Positions 11,015-20,578 of a stretch of 64,000 nt of DNA are shown here, one piece after another. This DNA comes from Lysobacterales bacterium (lineage in GTDB: Bacteria > Pseudomonadota > Gammaproteobacteria > Xanthomonadales > SZUA-5). Position 1 is the stretch's first letter, and each line of letters opens with the position of its first letter. Location of the stretch: the NCBI GenBank assembly GCA_050250665.1, contig JBFWOF010000007.1:32112-96111 (forward strand), in the 5' to 3' direction. Both the position numbers and the translations under genes were made by a program. Under the pieces are notes generated by a model. It ran no database searches. It saw only the letters and a program-made list of their open reading frames with translations, and was not told the origin of the DNA.

Positions 11015-12373
11015 GTGACAGAAGGTCGCGCCGGACCGGCCAGTACGCTAGATTCCCGCGATTGGAACTGTACGCTGGACTACGCCTTGGAACTGTTGAT
11101 TCAGGATCTCTCCCATGACGGGCGCGGCATTGCCCGTGCCGGACAGAAGGCGGTGTTCGTCTCGGGTGCTCTGCCGGGGGAGCGGGTGCTGGCGCACGTG
11201 GTCAAGCGACATCGACAATACGACGATGCGGTCGCTGACGAGATTCTGGAAGCCAGTCCCGACCGCATTCAGCCGCACTGCGCCCATGCCCAGATCTGTT
11301 CGGGCTGCAGCCTGCAGCATCTGTCGCCGCAGCAGCAGATCGAATTCAAGCAGAAACACCTGATCGACAATCTGGAACGCATCGGCAAGGTCAGCCCGCA
11401 GCGTGTGCTGGCGCCGTTGCAGCGCGATATCTGGGGCTACCGACGCAAGGCCCGGCTGTCGGTACGCCATGTCGACAAGAAAGGCAAGGCGCTGGTCGGC
11501 TTTCGCGAGGCCAACGGCCGCTATGTGGCCGAGCTGCAGAGCTGTCCGGTGCTGGATGAGCGGGTGGGCCCGCTGCTGGGGGCCTTGTCGGCGCTGGTGA
11601 CGGACATGGATGCCCGAGCCTCGATTCCGCAGATCGAGGTCGCCGCCGCCGAGCGCGCGGTGCTGGTGTTTCGCCATCTGCATCCGCTGTCGGCAAACGA
11701 CCGCGCGCGTCTGCGCCAGTTCGGGCTGGATCACGGGCTCGATATCGTGCTGCAACCTTCCGGCAATGACAGTCTGGTCGATCTGGATGGCGCCGCGCCC
11801 GCTGCACTCAGCTACGCCATCGACGACACGCTGTCGCTGCAGTATCTGCCGCTGGACTTCGTCCAGGTCAATGACAGCATCAATCGCGCCATGATCGTGC
11901 AGGCGCTGGAACTGCTGGACGTGGGTCCTGCAGATTCCGTGCTCGATCTCTACTGCGGACTTGGCAATTTCACGTTGCCGCTGGCGCGTCAGGCGGCCTC
12001 GGTTTTCGGGGTCGAGGGCGATGCCGGTCTGATCGAGCGCGCCCGTGCCAATGCCAGCTGCTGTGGCATCGCCAATGTCGACTATGCCGTCGCCGATCTC
12101 AGCCTCGATCACAGCGGTGCCGCCTGGGCGCAGGGCGATTACACCCGGATCTTGCTGGATCCGCCGCGTGCCGGTGCCGAAGCAGTGTTCGACTATCTGC
12201 CCGGGTCCGCCGTAGAACGCCTGGTGTATGTCTCCTGTCATCCCGGCACACTGGCGCGCGACACCGCCGTGCTGGTGCAGCGCAAGGGTTTCGACCTGAT
12301 CGCCGCCGGCGTCATGGACATGTTTCCGCACACCGCCCATGTCGAAAGCATGGCCTTGTTCGTGCGCCGTTGA
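11015..12373 (+). CDS. rlmD: 23S rRNA (uracil1939-C5)-methyltransferase RlmD/RumA
   Basis: TRAM-like N-terminus, Fe-S Cys cluster (CAHAQICSGCSLQH), SAM motif LDLYCGLGNF, catalytic YVSCHPGTLARD. Exact start uncertain. Confidence 0.88.
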   Translation: MTEGRAGPASTLDSRDWNCTLDYALELLIQDLSHDGRGIARAGQKAVFVSGALPGERVLAHVVKRHRQYDDAVADEILEASPDRIQPHCAHAQICSGCSLQHLSPQQQIEFKQKHLIDNLERIGKVSPQRVLAPLQRDIWGYRRKARLSVRHVDKKGKALVGFREANGRYVAELQSCPVLDERVGPLLGALSALVTDMDARASIPQIEVAAAERAVLVFRHLHPLSANDRARLRQFGLDHGLDIVLQPSGNDSLVDLDGAAPAALSYAIDDTLSLQYLPLDFVQVNDSINRAMIVQALELLDVGPADSVLDLYCGLGNFTLPLARQAASVFGVEGDAGLIERARANASCCGIANVDYAVADLSLDHSGAAWAQGDYTRILLDPPRAGAEAVFDYLPGSAVERLVYVSCHPGTLARDTAVLVQRKGFDLIAAGVMDMFPHTAHVESMALFVRR

Positions 12374-12407
12374 GTTGCCAGGCGCCCAAGCCGATCAGGA
12401 CCTGTAG

Positions 12408-12881
12408 ATGGCCATCGAAATCGAACGCAAGTTCCTGCTCAGGGGTGAGGATTGGCGCCAGCAGGTGCAGCGCAGTGCCTACATGGCGCAGGGCTATCTG
12501 GGTGGCACCCGGGCCTCGGTGCGGGTGCGGGTCAGTGGTGATCAGGCCTGGCTCAACATCAAGAGCCAGACCCGCGGCAGCACCCGGCTGGAGTTCGAAT
12601 ACCCGATTCCACGGGCCGATGCCGAGGTTCTGCTGGAACAACTGGCGGATGGTCCGGTGGTCTCCAAAACCCGGCACTACGTGGAGATCGGCAGCCATGT
12701 GTTCGAGATCGACGAATTCGACGGTGCCAATCAGGGTCTGATCGTGGCTGAAATCGAGCTTGGCAGCGCCGATGAGGCCTTCCCCAGGCCGTCCTGGCTG
12801 GGTCTGGAGGTGACCGAGGATATGCGCTACTACAACCTCAGTCTGGTCAAACGCCCTTTCACCGAGTGGGAGCAGTCATGA
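12408..12881 (+). CDS. CYTH-domain protein (triphosphatase / class IV cyclase fold)
   Basis: Begins MAIEIERKFLL (EXEXK motif); 157 aa. Confidence 0.8.
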   Translation: MAIEIERKFLLRGEDWRQQVQRSAYMAQGYLGGTRASVRVRVSGDQAWLNIKSQTRGSTRLEFEYPIPRADAEVLLEQLADGPVVSKTRHYVEIGSHVFEIDEFDGANQGLIVAEIELGSADEAFPRPSWLGLEVTEDMRYYNLSLVKRPFTEWEQS

Positions 12882-13897
12882 GTGCCCTGATGATCGGTAT
12901 TTCCGGTGCCGAGCTTGGCGCCGACGAGCGCGAGTGGCTGGTGCACCCGGCGGTCGCCGGCGTGATCCTGTTCAGTCGCAACTATGCCGACCGGGCGCAA
13001 CTCGCCGGTCTCTGCGCGCAAATTCGGGCGCTGGCGCCGGACAGCATCATTGCGGTGGATCAGGAAGGTGGGCGGGTGCAGCGTTTCCGCGAGGGCTTCA
13101 CGCCGCTGCCGTCGCTCGCCGGCATCGGTCGGCTGCATCAGCGCTTGCCCGCTGCGGCGCGGCGGGCGACCCGCTTGCACGCCGAAATCATGGCGGTGGA
13201 GATTCTGGCGGCGGGGCTGGACCTCAGCTTTGCCCCGGTGACCGATCTCGGCCGCGGCAATCTGGCGATCGGCGATCGCGCCTTCGACGCCGATCCCGAG
13301 GCCTGCGCGCAGCTGGCGACGCTGTACGCCGACACCATGCAGGCCGTCGGCATGCCGGCCACACTGAAACACTTTCCCGGCCATGGCAGTGTGCTGGCCG
13401 ACACCCACCATGACCGCGCCATTGACAGCCGCACGCCGGCCGAGATCTTCGATCAGGATCTGCTGCCCTTCGTGACCGGCATGCTGGCTGGCGCACGGGC
13501 GGTGATGATGGCGCACGTCGAGTATCCGAACGTCAGTCCCGAGGCGGCGGGATATTCCCGCTACTGGATCCAGGACGTGCTGCGTCAGACCCTGGATTTT
13601 CGCGGGGTGGTGATTTCCGATGACATCGGTATGGTGGCTGGCGCCGCACTCGGGGCGGTGGAGGATCGGCTCGGTGCCCATCGTGACGCCGGCTGCGATC
13701 TGATCCTGGTGTGCGCGCCGGACCTGGTTCCTGCGGCGCTGGACGCTGCGAGCACGCTGCGCTTGCGTGCCACGAGCAAACTCTCTCGGGCCTTGCGTGG
13801 TCGCCTGCGGGCGCCGCTGCGACGTGCCTTCGAAAGCTCGACTTGGCCTGACCGCGCCGCTAGGCTGGGCGCTTTGCTGGAGTTGATGGATCAATGA
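12866..13897 (+). CDS. nagZ: beta-N-acetylhexosaminidase NagZ
   Basis: GVILFSRNY, IAVDQEGGRVQRF and KHFPGHG motifs. Confidence 0.9.
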   Translation: MGAVMSALMIGISGAELGADEREWLVHPAVAGVILFSRNYADRAQLAGLCAQIRALAPDSIIAVDQEGGRVQRFREGFTPLPSLAGIGRLHQRLPAAARRATRLHAEIMAVEILAAGLDLSFAPVTDLGRGNLAIGDRAFDADPEACAQLATLYADTMQAVGMPATLKHFPGHGSVLADTHHDRAIDSRTPAEIFDQDLLPFVTGMLAGARAVMMAHVEYPNVSPEAAGYSRYWIQDVLRQTLDFRGVVISDDIGMVAGAALGAVEDRLGAHRDAGCDLILVCAPDLVPAALDAASTLRLRATSKLSRALRGRLRAPLRRAFESSTWPDRAARLGALLELMDQ

Positions 13898-14433
13898 GCA
13901 AACTCGATTACCAGACGGCGCTGGAACGCGCCGATCTGTTGCACGACCGGCCCGCGCTGGAAGCGGCGCTGGACCGCATGGCGGCTGAAATCAGCGAACG
14001 CCTGAAGGGTCAGCGCCCGATCTATGTCACCGTATTGACCGGTGGGCTGATCACGGCCGGCATGTTGGCGCCGCGGGTGGATGTCGATCTGGATTTCGAC
14101 TATGTCCACGTCACCCGCTACCACGGCGAGACCAAGGGTGGTGAACTGCACTGGAAGGCACGCCCGCGCTACGATTTCGCCGGCCGTCCTGTGATTTTCG
14201 TCGACGATATCCTCGATGAAGGCCACACCCTGGATGCGCTGAAGAAGCATGCTCTCGCGGCCGGCGCGACCGCCGTCTACATCGCCGTGCTGGTCAAGAA
14301 GGAGCACGATCGCTGCGTGCCCGGCGTCGTGGCCGATTTTGTCGGCCTGACGGTGCCCGATCGCTATGTCTTCGGCTTCGGCATGGACTTCGAAGAGCAC
14401 GGACGCAGCCTGTTCGGAATCTACGCCATATGA
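13894..14433 (+). CDS. hypoxanthine/guanine-type phosphoribosyltransferase
   Basis: PRPP-binding motif VIFVDDILDEGHTL; 179 aa; ATGA-type overlap with nagZ. Confidence 0.8.
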   Translation: MSKLDYQTALERADLLHDRPALEAALDRMAAEISERLKGQRPIYVTVLTGGLITAGMLAPRVDVDLDFDYVHVTRYHGETKGGELHWKARPRYDFAGRPVIFVDDILDEGHTLDALKKHALAAGATAVYIAVLVKKEHDRCVPGVVADFVGLTVPDRYVFGFGMDFEEHGRSLFGIYAI

Positions 14434-15179
14434 GCCGAGCCGATACCGGAATCATTGGTGGCACCGGTTTCGGCCGTCTGGCCGAGTTGCAGTCGGCCCA
14501 GGCGCTGAATCTGGACACTGCCTATGGCCAGCCTTCGAGCCCGGTGCTGGTCGGTAGCATGGCCGGCGTGCCGGTGGCCTTTCTGGCGCGTCATGGCACG
14601 CCGCACCGGATTGCGCCGCATCGGGTCAACTACGCGGCCAATATTGCGGCGCTGAAGGCGGTCGGAGTCAGGCGGATCATCGCCATCAATGCGGTGGGCG
14701 GCATCGCCGAGTGGGCGGGACCTGGCGTGCTGGCGCTGCCGGACCAGCTCATCGACTACAGCCATGGTCGCATCAGCAGTTTCAGTGATGTCGAGGGGCA
14801 GGCGGTAGAGCACATCGATTTCACCGACCCCTTCAGTCAGACGCTGCGGCTGAAGTTGCTGGAAGCGGGGCGATGCGCGGCGATCGATCTGCACGATGGT
14901 GGCGTGCTGGCCGTGACCCAGGGGCCGCGCCTGGAAACCCGTGCCGAAATCGTGCGTCTGGCGCGGGATGGCTGTGATCTGGTCGGCATGACCTCGATGC
15001 CCGAGGCTGCGCTCGCCCGCGAGGCCGGCATCGACTACGCCGCCATCGCCGTGGTCGCCAATGCGGCTGCCGGCTGCGGTGGCAGCGAAGTCATCGGCAT
15101 GCACGAGATCGAGCAGACGCTGGCGGAGGCCATGCATCGGGTGTTGAGGCTGGTGAATGCGCTGTTGCCGAGCCTGTAG
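14430..15179 (+). CDS. S-methyl-5'-thioadenosine/thioinosine phosphorylase
   Basis: GIIGGTGF N-terminus, FLARHG, MTSMPEA; overlaps the upstream stop. Confidence 0.85.
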   Translation: MSRADTGIIGGTGFGRLAELQSAQALNLDTAYGQPSSPVLVGSMAGVPVAFLARHGTPHRIAPHRVNYAANIAALKAVGVRRIIAINAVGGIAEWAGPGVLALPDQLIDYSHGRISSFSDVEGQAVEHIDFTDPFSQTLRLKLLEAGRCAAIDLHDGGVLAVTQGPRLETRAEIVRLARDGCDLVGMTSMPEAALAREAGIDYAAIAVVANAAAGCGGSEVIGMHEIEQTLAEAMHRVLRLVNALLPSL

Positions 15180-15239
15180 CGCGCTTGCGCCTGTGGTATC
15201 TATGTCATCGGATTCATCCGATTTCAGGACGGTGCGCTG

Positions 15240-16952
15240 ATGACCCAGCACGAGACCATGTCCAAGGTGGACACCGCATGGCTGCGGATGGAACGTCCCA
15301 CCAATCTGATGATGATCACCGGCGTGGTCGTGCTCGACCATGCCATCGACGTGACCCAGCTCAAACGCGCGGTCGAGGCGCGCTTTCTGGCCTTCCGGCG
15401 CTTCCGCCAGCGCGCTGTCGAGCTGGCCGGGCAGTGGTTCTGGGAAACCGACGAGTCCTTCGACATCAACTGGCACGTGCGCCGCGCAGCGCTGCCACAG
15501 CCCTCCGGCAAGCCCGAACTGCAGGAATACGTCAGCAATCTGGCCAGTTCGCCGCTGGATACCAGCAAGCCGCTTTGGCAGTTCCATCTGATCGAGAACT
15601 ACGATGGCGGCGGCGCGCTGGTGATCCGCATTCATCATTGCTACGCCGACGGCATAGCCCTGGTGCAGGTGATGTTGTCGCTGATGGATACCTCGGCCGC
15701 GGGCCGCCACGACAAGCCGCATCCCAAGTCCAGGCTGAAGCAGGCTGGCGGGACCATCTTCGAGCGGTTGCTGGCGCCGGCGCGGCACAGCGTGGAGCAC
15801 GCGGCCGAATTCGTGGAATCGGCGCTGGGCATGGCTTTCGACTGGATGCGGCATCCTGCCGGGGCAGCAGAATCGCTGTTTGATACGGCACGGGCCGGTA
15901 CCCGCGAGGCTACCGAGATCGGCAAGGAACTGATCCACGCCCTGACCCTGTCGGATGATCCACCGACGCGCTTCAAGGGGCGCCTCGGCGTGTTCAAGCG
16001 CGTGGCCTGGTGTGATCCGCTGCCGCTGGCCGAGGTCAAGGCCGCCGGCAAGGCGCTCGGCGCCACCGTAAACGACGTGCTGATGGCTTGCGCCGCCGGT
16101 GCCATGCGCGCCTACATGCTCGATCGCGGCGACCAGGTCGATGGGCTGAAAATCCGCGCCACCGTGCCGGTCAATCTGCGACCGCTCGAACATGCGCGTG
16201 AGCTCGGCAACCATTTTGGACTGGTGTTCCTGGATTTGCCGATCGGCGAGCCCAATCCAGTGGCCCGTGTGCACGCGGTGCGCGCGAGCATGACCGAGCT
16301 CAAGCACTCCAAGCAGGCCCTGGTCTCCTACGGATTGTTGAGTGCGCTGGGTGTGGGCCCGGCCATGCTGCAGCGGCCGGCGCTGGAGATGCTGAGCCGC
16401 AAGGCCACCACGGTGGCCACCAATGTGCCGGGACCGTCGGCGCCGCTGTACCTGTGTGGCGGCCAGGTGCGCGAAATGATGTTCTGGGTGCCACAAACCG
16501 GCTCGATTGCGATGGGCATCAGCATCCTGAGCTATGCCGATTCGGTCTATTTCGGACTGATCTCCGACAGCAAGCTGGTGCCCGATCCCGAGCAGATCAT
16601 CCAGCGCTTCGGTGCCGAACTGGAGAAACTGCTGTTGATCGCGCTGATGCAGGAGGGTGATGAACCGATCACGGCGGAGAGCGCCGAGCACATTCTCGCC
16701 GGGATGGCTGCATCGAAGGCTGCGGCAAGGCCTAAGTCCGCTGCAAAGCCCAAAGCCGCTACAAAGCCCAAAGCCGCTACAAAGCCCAAAGCCGCTGCAA
16801 AGCCCAAAGCCGCAGCGAAGGCGAAAGCGGCTGCAAAGCCGAGAGCCAAAGTCAAAGCTGCTGCCAAGACGGGAGCTCGGGCGAAGCCTGGAGCGGCTGC
16901 AAAGGCGAAAGCTGCCGCAGGGCCGAAAGCAGTGACGAAGGCCCGCGTCTAG
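15240..16952 (+). CDS. wax ester synthase/diacylglycerol acyltransferase (WS/DGAT) with a Lys/Ala/Pro-repeat C-terminal tail
   Basis: N-terminus MSKVDTAWLRMERPTN, catalytic HHCYADG motif, NVPGP motif. The last ~85 aa are AAKPKAATKPK... repeats. Confidence 0.85.
   Translation: MTQHETMSKVDTAWLRMERPTNLMMITGVVVLDHAIDVTQLKRAVEARFLAFRRFRQRAVELAGQWFWETDESFDINWHVRRAALPQPSGKPELQEYVSNLASSPLDTSKPLWQFHLIENYDGGGALVIRIHHCYADGIALVQVMLSLMDTSAAGRHDKPHPKSRLKQAGGTIFERLLAPARHSVEHAAEFVESALGMAFDWMRHPAGAAESLFDTARAGTREATEIGKELIHALTLSDDPPTRFKGRLGVFKRVAWCDPLPLAEVKAAGKALGATVNDVLMACAAGAMRAYMLDRGDQVDGLKIRATVPVNLRPLEHARELGNHFGLVFLDLPIGEPNPVARVHAVRASMTELKHSKQALVSYGLLSALGVGPAMLQRPALEMLSRKATTVATNVPGPSAPLYLCGGQVREMMFWVPQTGSIAMGISILSYADSVYFGLISDSKLVPDPEQIIQRFGAELEKLLLIALMQEGDEPITAESAEHILAGMAASKAAARPKSAAKPKAATKPKAATKPKAAAKPKAAAKAKAAAKPRAKVKAAAKTGARAKPGAAAKAKAAAGPKAVTKARV
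16740..16847 (+). repeat. six tandem 18-bp units (GCTRCAAAGCCCAAAGCC) encoding A-[A/T]-K-P-K-A
   Basis: Direct reading of 16740-16847; units 2 and 3 are identical and later units diverge. Confidence 0.9.
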
Positions 16953-17175
16953 CCCGTCGGTCTCGGCGCTCGGTTCCAGCGGGGCCGCAAGCCGTGGCAA
17001 GGCGCTTTGCAGGCTTCGTGAGTGAGCGCACAGACACCACTTCGGGCTTACACTAAGCTGAAAGATGGCAGATGCGGTCCAAACCTGCCAAACCACCTGA
17101 GCAGTTGATGCTTTGTGCTTGATTCTAAATGCCCTATCCTATGGTGATCTGACCCAGAAGGGCGGGAGGGCCAAA

Positions 17176-18558
17176 ATGGCCGAGAAGATCTTGAATCGAT
17201 TGAGCCTGTCGGCAGTCACTCTGGCAGTGGCAGTGGCACTGGCGTGCGTGCCGGAGCCAGGGCATGCCCAGGCACAGAATTTCCAGATGCGCCTGGACCG
17301 GGCGATCGTGTACACGCCACTCTATCCCGGCGGATTTGCCGACACGGTGCCGCCGTACAGCATGTGTCGCTACAACGGCGATGGTAACAGTGGCATGGCG
17401 TTGCGCTTCCGCTACACCTGGAACAACACCTTTCAGGAGTACATCTACACCGAACCCGGTTCTACTTTCTATCCCTATTACTACATGCAGGGCGTCAACC
17501 CGAACCCGGCCTTGGTACCTGCAACGTCCGGCACCGGGCCGGTCTACAAGAATGTCGATGTCGGCTTGCTGACCGGTCCAGTCAACACCCTCGGCGTGCA
17601 AACGCTCACTTTCCGTGGACGCACTTCGGGATTCTTCGGTCAGCCCGTCATGACGGCTTCGCTGCCAGTGCAGATCGAGACGTTGTTCGAGCCCTATCCC
17701 ACGGTCTACCGTGAAGTGCCGGATGGCGCGCTGGATATGCCCACCCAACCTTGGTTTGCCTGGAGTCAGTCCGGAACGCCCGAGAGCGTGCGCTTTGACG
17801 TTGCCCCTTGCAGCAATGCGGCGGCGACGAACAACTCCGAGTGCACTTCGGCGATGCCGTTCGCACCCACGACCACCGCCTGTGGCAGCAGCCTCTACTG
17901 CTCCTCAGGTACGGCGAATACCTTGCAACTGCCGATCACGCTGGTGCGCAACACGGCCTATGAATATCGAGTGATCGGTAGAAACATCTGCGGTCTCAGC
18001 GATGAGCTGGCATCGACGCCATCGCGGCCCTTCTTCCGCACCGCGCAGGCCTGCTTCACCAGCGGTGGCAGCATTCCGGACGGTGGCACGGCCAACTTCG
18101 ACGTCTCGACTCTGGGCATCAATCCAGGTTCTCTGGCGCCCAATTTGCGGGTCACAGTGCATGTGGATCATGCCCAGGTCAGCGATCTGCGGATTTCCCT
18201 GACGAAGACCTCACCGGATAGCGCCGGTCCCTTGTTGCTGATGGATCGTCCTTCCGGGCCGAACTGCTCCGGTCGCCGCATCCAGGCGGTGTTCCGCGAT
18301 GGTGCGATTTCCGCGGTGGCGGCGTGCAAGAGCCAGGAGCCCGCCATCAGCGGCGCCATTTCCCCGGTTCAGGCTTTGTCCTCCTTTGCCAGCACCCAGG
18401 GCGGCGGAAACTGGAGACTGACGGTCGAGGACACCAGTGCCAACGGCAAGGCCGGCTATCTGCGGGAGTGGTGTCTGTCGGCGGATGTGCCGATCTCGCC
18501 GACGGCTTTCGTCGATCCGATCATCTGGGGCAGCGGCTTCGAGACGGTCAGCCCCTGA
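17176..18558 (+). CDS. secreted protein with C-terminal proprotein-convertase P-domain-like module
   Basis: ATG 17176 preceded by GGGAGGG. Signal peptide (AVAVALACVPEPGHAQA). C-terminal segment has VSDLRISLTKTSPDSAG ... GGGNWRLTVEDTSANGKAGYLREWCL. No protease domain recognised. Confidence 0.6.
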   Translation: MAEKILNRLSLSAVTLAVAVALACVPEPGHAQAQNFQMRLDRAIVYTPLYPGGFADTVPPYSMCRYNGDGNSGMALRFRYTWNNTFQEYIYTEPGSTFYPYYYMQGVNPNPALVPATSGTGPVYKNVDVGLLTGPVNTLGVQTLTFRGRTSGFFGQPVMTASLPVQIETLFEPYPTVYREVPDGALDMPTQPWFAWSQSGTPESVRFDVAPCSNAAATNNSECTSAMPFAPTTTACGSSLYCSSGTANTLQLPITLVRNTAYEYRVIGRNICGLSDELASTPSRPFFRTAQACFTSGGSIPDGGTANFDVSTLGINPGSLAPNLRVTVHVDHAQVSDLRISLTKTSPDSAGPLLLMDRPSGPNCSGRRIQAVFRDGAISAVAACKSQEPAISGAISPVQALSSFASTQGGGNWRLTVEDTSANGKAGYLREWCLSADVPISPTAFVDPIIWGSGFETVSP

Positions 18559-18904
18559 GATTCTGAGGCGCCCGCGATCGCGTGAGAGATTCGGGCACGC
18601 AGCCCACCGGGTGGGCTGCGCAGCCACCGTGTGGGGAACTCAGTCCTCCAGTTCGCCGCGCGCTTCCTCTGCGTGCTGCTTCCAGAACGCCAGCTCCGCT
18701 GAACCAAGGAAAGAGCATTCCTAGCAGGACCTCAGTTGCTATCTCAGTGAAAGTCACGTAGCCTGAAGGTTACTGGTTGTCACATTTGATACGAAATGAG
18801 CGCTCCTGAAAGAATCAGGCTGCGTGTTGGCGTCATTGGCAATGCTGGCTACCAGTTCCAAGTCAAGCCTGACAAATGCAAATTTAACTGGGGAGTCAAC
18901 GGTG

Positions 18905-19330
18905 ATGCTGCACAATCGAATTTACACTGTAGCTGGTCTTTTGTCTTTGATCCTCTTTGCGTTGCCATCAGTGGCGAATGCGTTGACAATCAATGGGTTG
19001 TTAGTTCAGCAAACTGACTGCAATCCTGTCAATGTAGCCTACAATTGCTCCGGGACAACGCTATCCACATTCACGAACATACCGAGCGGCAGCGGAACCG
19101 TGTACGCGCAAGTGATGAAAGATAATTACACGAAGGTGAAGTGTATTAATGTCAGGGGTAGTGTATCGGATCGGACTTCATCGGTATCCCTCAATGCAGG
19201 AACGGGCAGTGCCCAAATCAAAATGAGCACTCAGGTATTTTATTCAGTTGGGGATGGTGTCTCTTGCTCTGGTCTCGCGGCCGGAATTAATTTATCGAGC
19301 TCGGCGATAACCTTTGTCAGGGATATCTAG
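18905..19330 (+). CDS. hypothetical small secreted protein in a low-GC islet
   Basis: ATG 18905 preceded by GGGGAG. Signal peptide (LLSLILFALPSVANA), 141 aa, 4 Cys, Ser/Thr/Asn-rich. No family recognised. Confidence 0.5.
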   Translation: MLHNRIYTVAGLLSLILFALPSVANALTINGLLVQQTDCNPVNVAYNCSGTTLSTFTNIPSGSGTVYAQVMKDNYTKVKCINVRGSVSDRTSSVSLNAGTGSAQIKMSTQVFYSVGDGVSCSGLAAGINLSSSAITFVRDI

Positions 19331-19454
19331 GATTACGTGAAGGCGGCGCCGTAAGATTGTCTGTCTCGCGCGAGTGATGCCGAGTGGCCTAGAAAAGCAC
19401 GCCGGTGGGCCGCGATCACGTTCCCGCCAGTTATATTTGCTAACAAAGCGTTGA

Positions 19455-19490
19455 CTGCGACGCTCGGCCGAGCGTCGCAGTGTTATTTGT
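19455..19490. terminator. putative bidirectional hairpin terminator
   Basis: Perfect palindrome CTGCGACGCTCGG/CCGAGCGTCGCAG followed by TGTTATTTGT. Lies between convergent genes. Confidence 0.5.
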
Positions 19491-19496
19491 AGCAAA

Positions 19497-20450
19497 CTAA
19501 TCTTCGAGCTCTTCCCGTGCTTCCTCGATGTCCAACGCCTCCATGGCATCGGCAGGCTCGATGGCTACCGCATCCTGATAGGCCTTGAGCGCGTCACTGC
19601 TGCGCTTCTTGCCGAACATCATCAGCAGGCCATTGCCATACTCGATGTGGGCGATGGGCGCCTGTGGCGTGAGCTTGAGGGCTTCCTGGAAGTGCTTGAT
19701 ACCGGTGTCGGTCTTGGCGCCGTAGGTCATGCCCCCGATCAGCGCACCGATCTTGTCGATGATCTCGGCGTGATACAGGCCCATCGCCGTGTGCGCCTCG
19801 GCATGGGCTGGTGACAGCTTCAGCGTACGCTCCAGACTTTCCTTGATCTTGCCGCCCAGACCCTGTGCCAGTGCCTTGGTGATCGAGATGCACTGGCTGT
19901 AGCGGCCCAGCGCGAAGGCGTGGAAGTAGTGGGCATTGGCATCATCGGGCATCGCCTTGATGGCGGCTTCGGCGCGCTTGGCGCAGTGTTCGAAGTGAGC
20001 CACGCGATCGGCTTCCTTGGCCAGATAGGTGGCGTAGATGCCCTCGGCCTTATTGGCGATGGTGGCCGCGATGACCCCGAGCGCATCGGCGGCCTCGGTG
20101 GCCTTCTGGAATTCGCCTCGGTGGAAGTCGCGCCAGGCCTCCTGCATGGCCGCAGCCACCGCATCGGCGTCGCCGCAATCCTTCAGCGCGGGATGCTTCT
20201 TCTGCAGCGCCGCCACATGCTTCTTGTCCGGGAAGGGTTCCTGGTCACCGGCATGGAGCCTGGGCCAGGCCTTGCTCAGCTTGCTTCCGGCGTAGTCGAA
20301 ATCAGAACTGGCGTGCGGGAACTTGACCCATTTCTTTGCTGCCACGATTGCTCTCCAGAATGCGTCGATCGAATGCCGAGCATCGTCAAAGGGTGCGTCG
20401 CTGGCAAGTGGTGGATGCGAGATTGTGTGGTTGGCACATTCCGACGCCAT
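19497..20450 (-). CDS. hypothetical alpha-helical (TPR-like) protein
   Basis: 317 aa with coding-like composition and an acidic C-terminus (EEAREELED). No family recognised with confidence. Confidence 0.5.
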   Translation of the reverse strand: MASECANHTISHPPLASDAPFDDARHSIDAFWRAIVAAKKWVKFPHASSDFDYAGSKLSKAWPRLHAGDQEPFPDKKHVAALQKKHPALKDCGDADAVAAAMQEAWRDFHRGEFQKATEAADALGVIAATIANKAEGIYATYLAKEADRVAHFEHCAKRAEAAIKAMPDDANAHYFHAFALGRYSQCISITKALAQGLGGKIKESLERTLKLSPAHAEAHTAMGLYHAEIIDKIGALIGGMTYGAKTDTGIKHFQEALKLTPQAPIAHIEYGNGLLMMFGKKRSSDALKAYQDAVAIEPADAMEALDIEEAREELED

Positions 20451-20578
20451 TCGGAAATAGCTGAACAGTCCACCTAAAGCCGGCGCTGCTTAGTGTGATT
20501 GTTCTATGGGCAGCGCTTACTTTGACTGTCAAGCGCGAGTGTTGTGGCGCTCAGTTTCCATCAATGAGGAGTTTAACC

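Noticed and set aside
14421-17096. 891-aa minus-strand ORF, together with other long ORFs in the track: 873..2057(-), 2987..4237(-), 11048..12340(-), 26988..28379(-), 31370..32419(+), 36757..37482(-), 42836..44194(-), 44321..45655(-), 46701..48422(+), 56294..57877(-), 62297..63031(-)
   Set aside because: All lie antisense to, or in another frame of, genes with clear family signatures. Their translations are Arg/Ala/Gly/Pro-rich low-complexity sequence typical of non-coding frames in high-GC DNA.
18599-18619. Hairpin GCAGCCCAC-cgg-GTGGGCTGC after the P-domain gene as a terminator
   Set aside because: A strong stem but no following T-run, so it cannot be called an intrinsic terminator from sequence alone.
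18631-18712. Minus-strand fragment ...AFWKQHAEEARGELED* resembling the C-terminus (EEAREELED*) of the 19497..20450 protein, possibly a paralogue remnant at the edge of the low-GC islet
   Set aside because: The match is only ~9 acidic, low-complexity residues with poor nucleotide identity, and an in-frame stop lies 27 codons upstream. It is too short to separate from chance without a statistical alignment.
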